Shown: one piece after another, positions 48,055-61,195 of the stretch
How positions within the stretch are numbered: the stretch's first letter is position 1
Layout of the letters: each line of letters starts with the position of its first letter
Source: Squalus acanthias
Taxonomy: Eukaryota
Reading direction: 5' to 3'
Assembly (NCBI GenBank): GCA_030390025.1
Contig: CM059432.1
Location: 27,282,001-27,346,000 of the forward strand
DNA: 64,000 bases
Program-made: the position numbers and the translations under genes
Notes under the pieces: generated by a model
The model's input: the letters and a program-made list of their open reading frames with translations, nothing else
Database searches by the model: none
Told to the model about the DNA's origin: nothing

Positions 48055-48395
48055 CCTCATCAGCAGAACTGGAAGTGACCTTGCTCTCTGACAACCTCTC
48101 TCCTGGGCTGTCCCTGCCACCAGTTTCTCATATTAAAATAATGCCCGGATCTCACGCCGATGATGTGCACCGAGTTAAAATGAGGGTTTCGATATCTGGT
48201 GTGCATTTTAGAAATTCCTGGAATACCTGTTCTACAATTAAACTGCCCAGTGCAAAACCGGATAGGTGGGAACCATACACCCACCAAGAATGCTTGCACA
48301 TTCCTTAGTTGTTGCTGGAGAACATCCTTGGGAATTAAGAAATCTTGAGGAGTTTTCAGTATTTTTCCCCTTTTCCCACCCTTCCCTCCTAAAGG
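48055..48395 (-). repeat. Unclassified ~335-bp interspersed repeat with a purine microsatellite tail
   Basis: rc of 61820-62154. Confidence 0.8.
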
Positions 48396-50405
48396 TCTTA
48401 AACAAAGGCAATTACAGTGGCATGAGGGCAGAACTGGCTAAAGTGGACTGGAAAAATAAATTAAAGGGTAAGACAGTTGAAATGCAGTGGCGGACATTTA
48501 AGGAGATATTTCATAACTCTCAACAAAAATATATTCTCGTGAGAAAGAAAGATTTTAAGAGAAGGGAGCACCATCCGTGGCTAACTAAGGAAGTAAAGGA
48601 TGGTATCAAATTGAAAACGAAGGCATACAATGTTGCCAAGCTTGGTGGGAGACCAGAGGTTTGGGAAATTTTTAAAAACCACCAAAGGATGACTGAAAAT
48701 ATAATAAAGAGAGAGAAGATGAATTATGAGAGTAAACTGACAAGAAACATTAAAACAGATAGTAAGAGCTTCTACAGGTATATAAAAAGGAAGAGGGTAG
48801 CTAAAGTAAACGTTGGTCCCTTAGAGGATGAGACTGGGGAATTAATAATGGGGAACGGGGAAATAGCAGAGACTCTGAACAAATATTTTGTATCTGTCTT
48901 CATGGTAGAAGACACTAACAACATCCCAATAATGGATAATCAAGGGGCCACAGGGAGGGGGGAACTAAAGACAATCACTATCACTAAGGAAATAGTACTT
49001 GGTAAAATAATGGGACTAAAAGATGACAAGTCCCCTGGACCAGATGGCCTGCATCCCAGGGTCTTAAAAGAAGTGGCTGCAGAGATAATGGATGCATTGG
49101 TTGCAATATACCAAAATTCCCTGGACTCTGGAGAGGTCCCAGCGGATTGGAAAACCGCAAATGTAACACCCCTATTTAAGAAAGGAGGGAGACAGAAAGC
49201 AGGAAACTATAGACCAGTTAGCCGTTGGGAAAATGCTGGAGTCCTTCATTAAGGAAGCAGTAGCAGGGCATTTGGAAAGTCATAATGCAGTCAGGCAGAG
49301 TCAGCATGGTTTTATGAAAGAGAAATCATGTTTAACAAATTTGCTGGAGTTCTTTGAGGAGGTAACGAGCAGGGTGGACAAAGGTAAACCAGTGGATGTG
49401 GTGTATTTGGATTTCCAGAAGGCATTCGCTAAGGTGCCACATAAAAGGTTACTGCATAAGATAAGAGCTCACGGAATTGGGGGTAATATATTAGCATGGA
49501 TAGAGAATTGGCTAACTAACAGAAAGCAGAGAGTCAGGATAAATGGATCATTTTCTGGTTAGCAAACGGTAACTAGTGGGGTGCCACAGGGATTGGTGCT
49601 GGGGCCTCAACTATTTACAATCTACATTAATGACTTGGATGAAGGGTCCGAGTGTAATGTAGCCAAGTTTGCGGATGATACAAAGATGGGTGGGAAAGCA
49701 AGTTGTGCAGAGGACACAAAGAACCTGCAAAGGGATATAGACAGGCTAAGTGAGTGGGCAAACATTTGGCAGATGGAGTATAATGTGGGAAAGTGCGAGG
49801 TTATACACTTTGGCAGGAAAAATAAAAAAGCAAATTATTATTTAAATTGAGAGAGATTACAAAATGCTAAAGTTCAAAGGGATCTGGGGGTCCTTGTGCA
49901 TGAAACACAAAAAGTTAGCCTGCAGGTACAGCAAGTAATCAAAAAGGCAAATGGAATGTTGGCCTTTATTTCAAAGGGGTTGGAGTATAAAAGCAGGGAA
50001 GTCCTGCTACAACTGTACAGGGTATTGGTGAGACCACACCTTGAGTACTGCGTACAGTTTTGGTCTCCTTATTTAAGGAAGGATATACTTGCATTAGAGG
50101 CAGTTCAGAGACAATTCACTAGGTTAATTCCAGAGATGAGGGGGTTGACTTATGAGGAAAGGTTGAGCAGGCTGGGCCTATACTCATTGGAATTTAGAAG
50201 AATGAGAGGTGATTTTATTGAAACATATAAGATACTGAGGGGGCTCGACAGGGTAGATGCAGAGAGGATGTTTCCCCTCGTGGGGAAATCTAGAACGCGG
50301 GGCACAGTTTTAGAATAAAGGGTCGCCCTTTTAGAACTGAGATGAGGAGGAATTTCTTCTCTCAGAGGGTCGTAAATCTGTGGAATTCTCTGCCCCAGAG
50401 AGCCA
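48396..50405 (+). mobile_element. CR1 ORF2 fragment
   Basis: ORFs 48266-50318 carry [24 protein letters not shown]. Confidence 0.92.
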
Positions 50406-50819
50406 TGCACCGTCCTTAAAGGGACCTCTGGAAGTTGGCACCAGAAAGGTAAGTTTGAATTTCTTTACCTACCTTATTGTGGAGCCAGGAGGAGCTGGAG
50501 TACTCCTCCTGACTCCACATTAAATCCGCGGACCATGGCCGGCCATCGCTTACCCCACCCCCCCTTCGATTTCCTACCCCCACCATCAGTCAGACTCTCC
50601 TATCGAGAAGCCAGCCAATCTTGGTGCCTCTTAAGACCAGCAAGCTGCTACTGGGATCGAGACTGACCAACTCCCCGTGGTCATGCCGCCAACCTCATTA
50701 GGCCCGTGCTGCGTGTGCTGCACCAGGATTGCGCACAACTTGGGCCGGGATCCAATATCTCACCCCATGTTTGTCATTCTTAAAGGTAAGTGCAAATCTA
50801 TAAGCTTAAATAGAAGCAT

Positions 50820-51325
50820 ATAACTTGCATTTATATATCCTCGTGACCTTCCAATGAGCTTCAAAATCAATGGGTTGCCTTTTAAAATGCGGCCGCTGTT
50901 GTTAAATAGGCAAATACAGCAGCCAATTTGCATACCAGATTGTCCCATAAATAGAAAATGAATGAAAGACGAGATAGTCTGTTATTGGTGGTGTTGGTTA
51001 AGAGAGGAATGTTGGCCAGAACACCCAAGAGAACTCCTTGCTCTTTTTTATGAAGTGATCTTTTACATCCAACTGAGCAGATGGCGCAGTTTAACGTCTC
51101 ATCTAAAAAAAAACTTTCTCTGTCTATGCCGCGCTTTTCTCAAAAGTGAAATCAGCCGGCGTGTAAAACGGGCGACCGATCTGATCGTGTCAGTTTCCTG
51201 CTGGATGGGTTGGTTAAAATCACCCACCCCCTCCCGCCCCCTCAGTGTTCCAGTGAAGCATCAGCCTGAAGCTTGAACCCACAATCTTCTGCTTCAGAAG
51301 CAAGAGCACTACCGAGCCAAGCAGA
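50820..51325 (-). mobile_element. Decayed SacSINE1-like SINE with an internal insertion
   Basis: Tail AACTTGCATTTATAT, core GAACTCCTTGCTCTT, head CTTGAACCCACAATCTTCTG. Confidence 0.6.
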
Positions 51326-52244
51326 CGTGTTAGCCTGTGTTAGATAGAAACATAGAAACATAGAAGATAGGAGCAGGAGTGGGCCATTCGGCCCCTTGAG
51401 CCTGCTCCGCCATTCAATGCGATAATGGCTGATCATCCAAATTCAGAACCCTGTCCCTGCTTTCTCCCCATATCCCAACACCGCCTTTCTGAGAGTTGAT
51501 GGCTGTGTATCCAATTAGTGCTCTCCTGAAGAAAACAACCTCGTTTGAAATGTATCGGTGTGGATTATGGTTTCTAAAACTTGAAACAACAATTGTGCAC
51601 AAAAAATAGAACTGCCACTTTTTAAAAAAAAACATTTTATAACTGGAACTGTAATCTTAGATGCAAAGGTCAATCCTGTGAATCATGGATACCTCATGAT
51701 TCATACTGCCTAGTTTGCAATATTTGCAGGGCTAGCTACACAATATGGTTAACAGCCTGTTTATTGGCTCGGAATTTTCCTGCACTTACTCTGCTGCTGT
51801 AACTTCACTGGACGTGTGGCGGAAATCCTGTTCACGCGTGTAAATGGCGTGTACATCGTGTAAGTGGTGTGTCTGCCGCACTCCCAGCAAAGTTATGGCA
51901 GCGAAGAGGGAGCAGCTCCGAGGAAATTCCCAGCTATTTATTTTTGAATCTTAGTGATCGAGGTTTACTTTTTATATATCATTTAATATCTTATATACTC
52001 CTAACATGATCCCCCCTCCTTGATCACCTTCTTTCATGGCTAATGAGACCCAGTTTCTCCAACCAATCCTCATTACCCACCCCCTCCCCCACCGCTTCCC
52101 TCCCGTCCGCACTCCAACAGCAATCTCGAATGAGTACCAGCTGCTCTCCTTTTTTCAGCCGGTTTCTTATCAACAATACTGGTAAACATTGGGTTGAGGA
52201 GTCACGAAGTGTGTTGGGAAGGGAGCAAGGCAGATGGTAAATCT

Positions 52245-53490
52245 CATGGAACAGAGGAACAGAAGTAGGCCATTCAGCCCCTCAAGCCTGTTCCGCCATT
52301 CAATTAGATCCTGGCTGATCTGTACCTCAACTCCATCTGCCCGCCTTGGTTCTATACCCCATGATACACTTGCCTAACAAAAATGTATCAATCTCAGTTC
52401 TGAAATTTTCAATTTATCTCGGCTCAACAGCTTTTTGGGTTAGAGAGTTCCAGATTTCCACTACCCTGTTTGTAAGAAGTGCTTCTTGACATCACCCCTG
52501 AATGGCCTAGCTCTAATTTTAAGGCTGGACACCCCCACCAGAGGAAATATTTTCTCTCTACTTACCCTATCAACTCCTTTAATCATCTTAAACACCTCAA
52601 TTACATCTCAGTTATTCAAGAGAATATGGGGGAAAAATTCGGTTGCTTTGCGCCTCCTGTTAGCCTCCTGTTAGCAAAGCAACTTACGCCCGGGCGCGGC
52701 GCCGCCAATACCTCCCGTAAAATTCAGCGGGAGGTTAGCGGCGGCGCTAACTGTTAGCACCCGCGGCGCGGCGCCACCGGCGATGACCTCATCTCCTTTC
52801 GCAGAGCCCCACTTGTGCCCCGGCCGCAATCTTTGGTAGCGCCCCCGACTTACCGCCGGACGCTATGTCCGACAGGGTCAGTGGGCCAACTTGCGGCCGG
52901 GGCGGCGCTATTTAAAGGCGAGGTGTCGGGCGGCCATTTTTGTTGCTGGCAACCTGCCAACAACTGCTTCCACTGCTGTCCCAGGCCTCCTTATCCGCGC
53001 CCCCGCAGAGTGCCGGCTGCACTCCATGAGCCCGACACTTCTCGAGTGCCAGGCTCTTTTGCTGGCACTCCCGATCCCCGGGGGCCCAGCTGGGCCCTGG
53101 GTCGCGCTGCGCAAGGCCCCTCCCTTTTAAGAAGGGGAGGAAGGCCTGCAATACCACGGTGTGATGTGCCGCAGCACGATATTCCCTCGCAGCGCCCCAA
53201 GAGGGAGGCGGGGCGCTTCCAGTAGCTACCACTCAATTTCGGTCGCGGGGGCGCTAATTTTTCCAGGGGCCCGGCGAAGTTAGCGCCCCAAAGGGGGCAC
53301 AACTCAATTTTTTCCCCTATAAGTCTAGTCTTAGCAACCTTTCCTCAAAATGTAACCATTTTAGCCCTGGTATCATTCTGGTGAATCTGCGCTGCACCCC
53401 CTCCAAGGCCAATATATACTTCCTGAGGTGCGGTGCCCAGAGCTGAATGCAGTACTCTAAATGAGGTCTAACCAGAGCTTTATATAACTT
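52245..53490 (-). mobile_element. CR1 3' fragment interrupted by a MITE
   Basis: Similar to 6172-6760. Confidence 0.8.
52628..53317 (+). mobile_element. Harbinger-family MITE (690 bp)
   Basis: TIR GGGG(G/A)AAAAATT; TSD TAT; both subtermini resemble the 4.2-kb elements. Confidence 0.92.
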
Positions 53491-56400
53491 TATGTGCCTT
53501 TAAGAAGATGGTGGTAGGCCTTCTTCTTGAACCGCTGCAGTCCCTGGGGTGAAAGCATTCCCACAATGCTGTTAGGTAGGGAGTTGCTCTTAGTGCTGTT
53601 CTAGTGCCGCCTGCTCCTTGCAAGCAGGGTCACACAACCAACGGCAACACCAAGGGCAGACTTGCTGGATTCTCTGAAATAGGAGCCCGGGAAGACCCAG
53701 TTAAAAAGAACACAGATCTTCCCAGGATGTTTGCATTAGAAAATCTGGTAAGTCTACTTTAGCATTGCCACTGGCTCAAATTGCGTTGAAATTGCAGATA
53801 TTTCTTAATTTGCACAGTTGACAAACATACTGATCTTGAATTTCCGCGGGGATTGTTCAGATCTCCAGAGGTTCCGCCTATCTCCCATCAAAGTTATGGA
53901 GGGAGATTCACACATCCCCAGTTGAAATTCAGACCTGAACCAATGTCTCACTGGCTGTCCATATCACTCTACCCTAAACAATACTGTCAGCTGATAAGTG
54001 GCAGGTAACATTCACGCCAAAGAAGTGGCAGGCAATGACTATCTCCAACAAGCGAGAGTCTAACCACCTCCCCTTGACATTCAATGGCATTACCATCGCT
54101 GAATCCCCCACCATTAACATCCTGGGGGGTCACCATTGACCAGAAACTTAACTGGACCAGCCACATAAATACTGTGGCAACCAGAGCAGGTCAGAGGCTA
54201 GGTATTCTGCGGCGAGTGTCTCCATTCCTGACTCCCCAAAGCCTTTCCACCATCTACAAGGCATAAGTCAGGAGTGTGATGGGATACTCTCCACTTGCCT
54301 GGATGAGTGCAGCTCCACCAACACTCAAGAAGCGCGGCACCATCCAGGACAAAGCAGCCCGCTTGTTTGGCACCCCATCCACCACCTTAAACATTCACTC
54401 CCTCCACCACCGGCGTACCGTGGCTGCAGTGTGTACCGTCTACAAGATGCACTGCAGCAACTCGCCAAGGCTTCTTCAGCAGCACCTCCCAAACCCATGG
54501 CCTCTTCCACCTAGAAGGACGAGGGCAGCAGGTGCATGGGAACACCACGACCTCCAAGTTCCCCTCCAAGTCACACACCATCCTGACTTAGAAGTATATC
54601 GCCGTTCCTTCATCGTCGCTGGGTCAAAATCCTGGAACTCCCTCCCTAACAGCACTGTTGTACTTTCACCGCACAGACTGCAGCGATTCAAGAAGGTGAC
54701 TCACCACCACCTTCTCAAGGGCAATTAGGGATGGGCAATAAATGCTGGCCTTGCCGGTGACGCCCAGATCCCATAAAAAACAATATAAAAAAAAGCCTGC
54801 ACCTCATAAAGAGGCAAGATGTTTTGGTCGTCAATATTCGCTAAAGAATTACCCCTACTCCATGACTAGCTGAAATGGATGCCATAATTGGTGTCTCAAT
54901 ATAAGTGGCAATTTTAACCTCAGGCCTCATTTACTGAGGGTGCCAAGTTGCAGCTCACCGGTTACAGGAGGCCGAGCAATCGGCCAGCTCCATATTGAGC
55001 TGGCTGACAGGTGGTGCTGGGATGGTGGTGGGGGTGGGGGGGGAAGGGTGATCCCAGGGCAGGCCTCAGATTGGCCGGAAGGCTAGATTTTTTTCTGGGA
55101 GTACAGGAGGAGCTCCAGCGTTCCTTTTAAGGACCCTTTTAAGGCCGCTGAGCGCCTGGTACAAATGTGTAGAACATGCACGGCATACGCTTATGCCCAT
55201 TGGTACCTCAGACTAGCAATCAGGGACCTATGTACGTCATTGGACCCCGATTTGCATATTACAAGTGGCTTCCTGCCTGAAACAGGCTGGCGCTCCAGCT
55301 GCCCATCTCAGGCCCCTACCCGAGCTGACTGGAGCCAGAGCGCCAGGGTAAACAGGGCAGTAAGTAACTGTTGGGGTAAAAGAGAAGTCTTCCCTCCTCT
55401 CAAGCGAACCCCCTGATATAAGGGGTCAACGCTTGCCCTATAGCGACCACAAATTCACCAGACGGACATCTTGGATAAGTTTCACGATCTTTATTCAAGC
55501 ATATGCAGGGGGGACGTCTCAGTCTCAGCTGCCTGAGAAAGGATGCTTCTACCGAGTAGCAAATACATACAGCAATTATACCTAACTCGGGGCATGCACC
55601 CCTCGTGCATGACCCTTCTATGATCATTGATTGCTGTATTGTTTATTAGAGGGGCTGCATCCATTCGTTGCCTCTTATCAGAAAGGTTGCTGAATGGTTC
55701 ACAGAGACCCATCTCTACAGCATGAGCATGCTAAGCACCCCATAACCAGAGCAGAAAGAAACAAGTTAGCTCCAGTCAGCTCGGGTAGGGGCCTGAGATG
55801 GGCAGCTGGAGCGCCAGCCTGTTTCAGGCAGGAAGCCACTTGTAATATGCAAATCGGGGTCCAATGACGTACATAGGTCCCTGATTGCTAGACTGAGGTA
55901 CCAATGGGCATAAGCGTATGCCGTGCATGTTCTACACATTTGTACCAGGCGCTCAGCGGCCTTAAAAGGGTCCTTAAAAGGAATGCTGGAGCTCCTCCTG
56001 TACTCCCAGAAAAAAATCTAGCCTGCCGGCCAATCTGAGGCCCGCCCTGGGATCACCTTTCCCCCCCCACCCCCACCACCATCCCAGCACCACCTGTTAG
56101 CCAGCTCAATATGGAGCTGGCCGATTGCTCGGCCTCCTGTAACCGGTGAGCTGCAACTTGGCACCCTCAGTAAATGAGGCCTGAGGTTAAAATTGCCACT
56201 TATATTGAGACACCAATTATGGCATCCATTTCAGCTAGTCATGGAGTAGAGGTAATTCTTTAGCGAATATTGACGACCAAAACATCTTGCCTCTTTATGA
56301 GGTGCAGGCTTTTTTTTATATTGTTTTTTATGGGATCTGGGCATCGCCGGCAAGGCCAGCATTTATTGCCCATCCCTAATTGACCTTGAGAAGGTGGTGG

Positions 56401-58434
56401 TGAGTCACCTTCTTAAATCACTGCAGTCTGTGTGGTGAAAGTACAACAGTGCTGTTAGGGAGGGAGTTCCAGGATTTTGACCTAGCGACGATGAAGGAAC
56501 GGCGATATACTTCTAAGTCAGGATGGTGTGTGACTTGGAGGGGAACTTGGAGGTGGTGGTGTTCCCATGCACCTGCTGCCCTCGTCCTTCTAGGTGGAAG
56601 AGGCCGTGAGTTTGGGAGGTGCTGCCGAAGAAGCCTTGGTGAGTTGCTGCAGTGCATCTTGTAGACGGTACACACTGCAGCCACGGTACGCCGGTGGTGG
56701 AGGGAGTGAATGTTTAAGGTGGTGGATGGGGTGCCAAACAAGCGGGCTGCTTTGTCCTGGATGGTGTCGCGCTTCTTGAGTGTTGTTGGAGCTGCACTCA
56801 TCCAGGCAAGTGGAGAGTATCCCATCACACTCCTGACTTATGCCTTGTAGATGGTGGAAAGGCTTTGGGGAGTCAGGAAGGGAGACACTCGCCGCAGAAT
56901 ACCTAGCCTCTGACCTGCTCTGGTTGCCACAGTATTTATGTGGCTGGTCCAGTTAAGTTTCTGGTCAATGGTGACCCCCAGGATGTTAATGGTGGGGGAT
57001 TCGGCGATGGTAATGCCATTGAATGTCAAGGGGAGGTGATTAGACTCTCGCTTGTTGGAGATAGTCATTGCCTGGCACTTCTTTGGCATGAATGTTACCT
57101 GCCACTTATCAGCTGACAGTATTGTTTAGGGTAGAGTGATATGGACAGCCAGTGAGACATTGGTTCAGGTCTGAATTTCAACTGGGGATGTGTGAATCTC
57201 CCTCCATAACTTTGATGGGAGATAGGCGGAACCTCTGGAGATCTGAACAATCCCCACGGAAATTCAAGATCAGTATGTTTGTCAACTGTGCAAATTAAGA
57301 AATATCTGCAATTTCAACGCAATTTGAGCCAGTGGCAATGCTAAAGTAGACTTACCAGATTTTCTAATGCAAACATCCTGGGAAGATCTGTGTTTTTTTT
57401 AACTGGGTCTTCCCAGGCTCCTATTTCAGAGAATCCAGCAAGTCTGCCCTTGGTGTTGCCGTTGGCTGTGTGACCCTGCTTGCAAGGAGCAGGCGGCACT
57501 AGAACAGCACTAAGTGCAACTCCCTACCTAACAGCATTGTGGGAATGCTTTCACCCCAGGGACTGCAGCGGTTCAAGAAGAAGGCCTACCACCATCTTCT
57601 TAAAGGCACATAAAGTCATATAAAGCTCTGGTTAGACCTCATTTAGAGTACTGCATTCAGCTCTGGGCACCGCACCTCAGGAAGTATATATTGGCCTTGG
57701 AGGGGGTGCAGCGCAGATTCACCAGAATGATACCAGGGCTAAATGGTTAAATTTTGAGGAAAGGTTGCTAAGACTAGACTTATAGGGCAAAAAATTGAGT
57801 CGTGCCCCCTTTGGGGCGCTAACTTTGCCGGGCCCCTGGAAAAATTAGCGCCCCCGCGACCGAAATTGAGTGGTAGCTACTGGAAGCGCCCCGCCTCCCT
57901 CTTGGGGCGCTGCGAGGGAATATCGTGGTGCTACGCGCTGTGGCACGTCACGCCGTGGTATTGCAGGCCTTCCTCCCCTTCTTAAAAGGGAGGGGCCTTA
58001 TGCAGCGCGACCCAGGGCCCAGCTGGGCCCCCGGGGATCGGGAGTGCCAGCAAAAGAGCCTGGCACTCGAGAAGTGTCGGGCTCATGGAGTGCAGCCGGC
58101 ACTCTGCGGGGGCGCGGATAAGGAGGCCTGGGACAGCAGTGGAAGCAGTTGCTGGCAGGTTGCCAGCAACAAAAATGGCCGCCCGACACCTCGCCTTTAA
58201 ATAGCGCCGCCCCGGCCGCAGGTAGGCCCACTGACCCTGTCGGACATAGCGTCCGGCGGTAAGTCGGGGGCGCTACCAAAGATCGCGGCCGGGGCGCAAG
58301 TGGGACTCTGCGAAAGGAGATGAGGTCATTGCCGGTGGCGCAGCGCTGCGGGGTGCTAACAGTTAGCGCCGCCGCTAACCTCCCGCTGAATTTTACGGGA
58401 GGTATTGGCGGCGCCACGCCCGGGCGCAAGTTGC
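52679..58434. repeat. ~2.66-kb inverted duplication (52679-55335 vs 55769-58434)
   Basis: Arms are reverse complements with scattered substitutions and small indels; 433-bp spacer. Confidence 0.95.
53988..54790 (+). mobile_element. LINE family X 3' fragment (mirrored at 56315-57116)
   Basis: Matches 166-960. Confidence 0.88.
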
Positions 58435-58722
58435 CTCCAGTCAGCTCGGGTAGGGGCCTGAGATGGGCAGCTGGAGCGCCAGCCTGTTTCAGGCAGGAAG
58501 CCACTTGTAATATGCAAATCGGGGTCCAATGACGTACATAGGTCCCTGATTGCTAGTCTGAGGTACCAATGGGCATAAGCGTATGCCGTGCATGTTCTAC
58601 ACATTTGTACCAGGCGCTCAGCGGCCTTAAAAGGGTCCTTAAAAGGAACGCTGGAGCTCCTCCTGTACTCCCAGAAAAAAATCTAGCCTGCCAGCCAATC
58701 TGAGGCCCGCCCTGGGATCACC
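58435..58722. repeat. Direct re-copy of 55770-56057 (rc of 55047-55334)
   Basis: Restarts at CTCCAGTCAGCTCGGG and ends CCCTGGGATCACC. Confidence 0.95.
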
Positions 58723-58783
58723 TGACGCCCTCCGCCACTTTAACAGTTTCCAGTTTCCTGGCCCCAACCGCCTCCTTTTCACC

Positions 58784-60147
58784 ATGGACGTACAATCCCT
58801 CTACACCTCCATCCCCCACCAGGATGGCCTGAGGGCGCTCCGCTTCTTCCTTGAACAGAGGCCCAACCAGTCCCCATCCACCGCCACCCTCCTCCGCCTG
58901 GCTGAACTTGTTCTCACATTGAACAACTTCTCCTTTGACTCCACTCATTTCCTCCAAATCAAAGGTGTTGCTATGGGAACCCGCATGGGTCCTAGCTATG
59001 CCTGCCTTTTCGTGGGATATGTGGAACACTCTTTGTTCCAGTCCTACTCGGGTCCCCTCCCTCACCTCTTTTTCCGGTACATTGACGACTGTATCGGTGC
59101 CGTTTCCTGCTCTCGCCCTGAACTGGACAATTTCATTCACTTTGCCTCCAATTTCCACCCTTCCCTCACCTTCACATGGTCCATCTCCGACTCTTCCCTC
59201 CCCTTCCTCGACTTCTCCGTCTCCATCTCTGGGGATAGGTTATTGACCAACATTCACTACAAGCCCACTGACTCCCACAGCTACCTGGACTACACTTCCT
59301 CCCACCCCGCCTCCTGTAAGGACTCTATTCCCTTCTCCCAGTTTCTCCGTCTCCGCCGCATCTGCTCCGACGATGCCACCTTCCATACCAGTGCTTCCGA
59401 CATGTCTTCCTTTTTCCTCAACCGAGGATTCCCCTCTACCGTGGTCAACACGGCCCTCGACCGTGTCCGTTCCATCTCCCGCACTTCTGCCCTCACCCCG
59501 GCCCCTCCCTCCCGGAACCACGATAGAGTTCCCCTTGTCCTCACCTTTCACCCCACCAGCCTCCACATTCAACGGATCATCCTCCGCCATTTCCGCCACC
59601 TCCAACGTGATCCCACCACCAAACGTATCTTCCGCTCACCTCCCCTTTCAGCATTCCGTAGGGACCGCTCCCTCCGAGACACCCTAGTCCACTCCTCTAT
59701 CACCCCCAGCACACTTCCCCTTCACCCGGCACCTTCCCGTGCAAGCGCAGGAGATGCAACACCTGCCCTTATACATCCCCCCTTCCCACTCTCCAGGGCC
59801 CCAAACACCCCTTCCAGGTGAAACAGCGATTTACTTGTACTTCTTGCAATCTAGTATACTGTATTCGCTGCTCACGATGTGGTCTCCTCTACATTGGGGA
59901 AACCAAACACAGATTGGGTGACCGCTTTGCGGAACACCTCCGTTCAGTCCGGAAGGGTGACCCCGAGCTTCCGGTCGCTTGTCATTTTAATTCACCCCTC
60001 CACGCTCACTCAGACCTCACCGTCCTCGGCCTCTTGCATTGTTCCACGGAAGCGCAGCGTAAGCTCCAGGAACAGCACCTCATCTTCCGTTTAGGCACTT
60101 TACAGCCCTCTGGACTCAATATCGAGTTCAACAATTTCAGATCATAA
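58784..60147 (+). pseudogene. Penelope RT + GIY-YIG endonuclease, frameshifted near 59720
   Basis: DVQSLYTSIP, GVAMGT, FRYIDD, YKPT; NLVYCIRCSRCGLLYIGET...RFAEH...GLN. Confidence 0.93.
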
Positions 60148-60407
60148 CCCCGGCCCCTACCACATAAGTATACATTTTATCCACTCTTTTGGTCCGTGCC
60201 TTTTTCCTTTTTTTCTCTCTCTCCCCCCACGGCAGCTGTCTCTGATTCTGCCAGCATTTCACACCTTACCTTTTGTTTCTCAACCTGTCCCATTACCATC
60301 TCGTCTTGCCTTGAGCATCTCTCAATGTCTCTACTCACTAAAGACCATCCCTTTTGTTCTTTTATTCCTCCCCCTTGCATTTTTATCTGTTTATTTCTTG
60401 CTCTCTC

Positions 60408-60443
60408 AGTTCCGACGAAGGGTTTCGACCTGAAACGTTAACT
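60408..60443 (+). ncRNA. Minimal hammerhead ribozyme, core mutated
   Basis: AGTT-CCGACGA-AGG(GTTTCGA)CCT-GAAACGTT-AACT; CUGA changed to CCGA. Confidence 0.55.
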
Positions 60444-60989
60444 CTCTTTCTCTCTCCACGGATGTTGCCTGGCCTGCTGAGTTTTTCCAGCGTTTTCTGT
60501 TGTTATTTCGGATTTCCAGCATCCGCAGTATTTTGCTATCCTATTAGAATCTTGTTTGTCCTGCCTTATCTATCGTTCTACATTCCTAAGCAAGGACAGG
60601 AGACAAGCTTACTAGCCTTATTGTTTCTACTCACTTTAATTCTAGAAATCCTTTTAACTTTAATTCTAGATATCCCTTTGGCCCCTTACAGTAACCCAAC
60701 GGCATTTTAGTGAGTTATCATCAGCCGTTTGGTGCCGACAACTTAGTGTAGAACATAGAATATAGGAGGTGGTCAAATGAGAAAACTCCCAGTGTTTGTT
60801 GCATTTGTACAACTTCGATAAAGTTTATGGGTTAAATTTTATTTTGTCTTTTCGAGAGAAAAAAATCAGGTCAAATGTTTGACCACCCACCTTGTTCACT
60901 GGGGTGGAACCGAGAGTTAGACAATCATAACCGTGCCCTCAGGTTAGGGAAGGTCATTTCGACCATTGTGCTGGCTTTTCTGATCACTC

Positions 60990-61195
60990 CCTTCAGCAAA
61001 CAAAGACTGGAATTCGCATACCTTGTACAGCTTGCCAAACGCAGGCAGCGCAAGGAGCGCACGTCAACCCACCCACCTGCCCCACCTGTGACAGAGACTG
61101 TAGGTCCCGCATTGGACTCATCAGTCACCTGCGAACTCATTTTTAATGTGGAAGCAAGTCATCCTCGGTTCCGAGGGTCTGCCTAAGAAGAAGAC
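60990..61195 (+). mobile_element. RTE-clade LINE 3' fragment
   Basis: Encodes TCPTCDRDCRSRIGLISHLRTH C-terminal zinc finger; (AAG)n tail. Confidence 0.75.

Larger units (their letters stand above)
58723..60539 (+). mobile_element. Penelope-like family 2, 5'-truncated
   Basis: RT and GIY-YIG coding region followed by 3' UTR. Confidence 0.95.
55369..60690 (-). mobile_element. Solo LTR (60690-60541 + 55768-55369) split by a 4.8-kb insert
   Basis: rc termini TGTAAGGGG...CCCCAACA; 5-bp TSD GTAAC (55364-55368, 60691-60695); TATAA and AATAAA on the minus strand. Confidence 0.85.

Noticed and set aside
51766..53932. Small imperfect hairpins at 51766-51935 and 53831-53932 as miRNA precursors
   Set aside because: GAATTT...AAATTC ends suggest decayed short MITEs; no expression evidence
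52679..58434. Assembly artefact, or giant TIRs of a DNA transposon
   Set aside because: Arms differ by substitutions and indels, consist of ordinary local repeat debris, and one arm lies inside a TSD-bounded LTR
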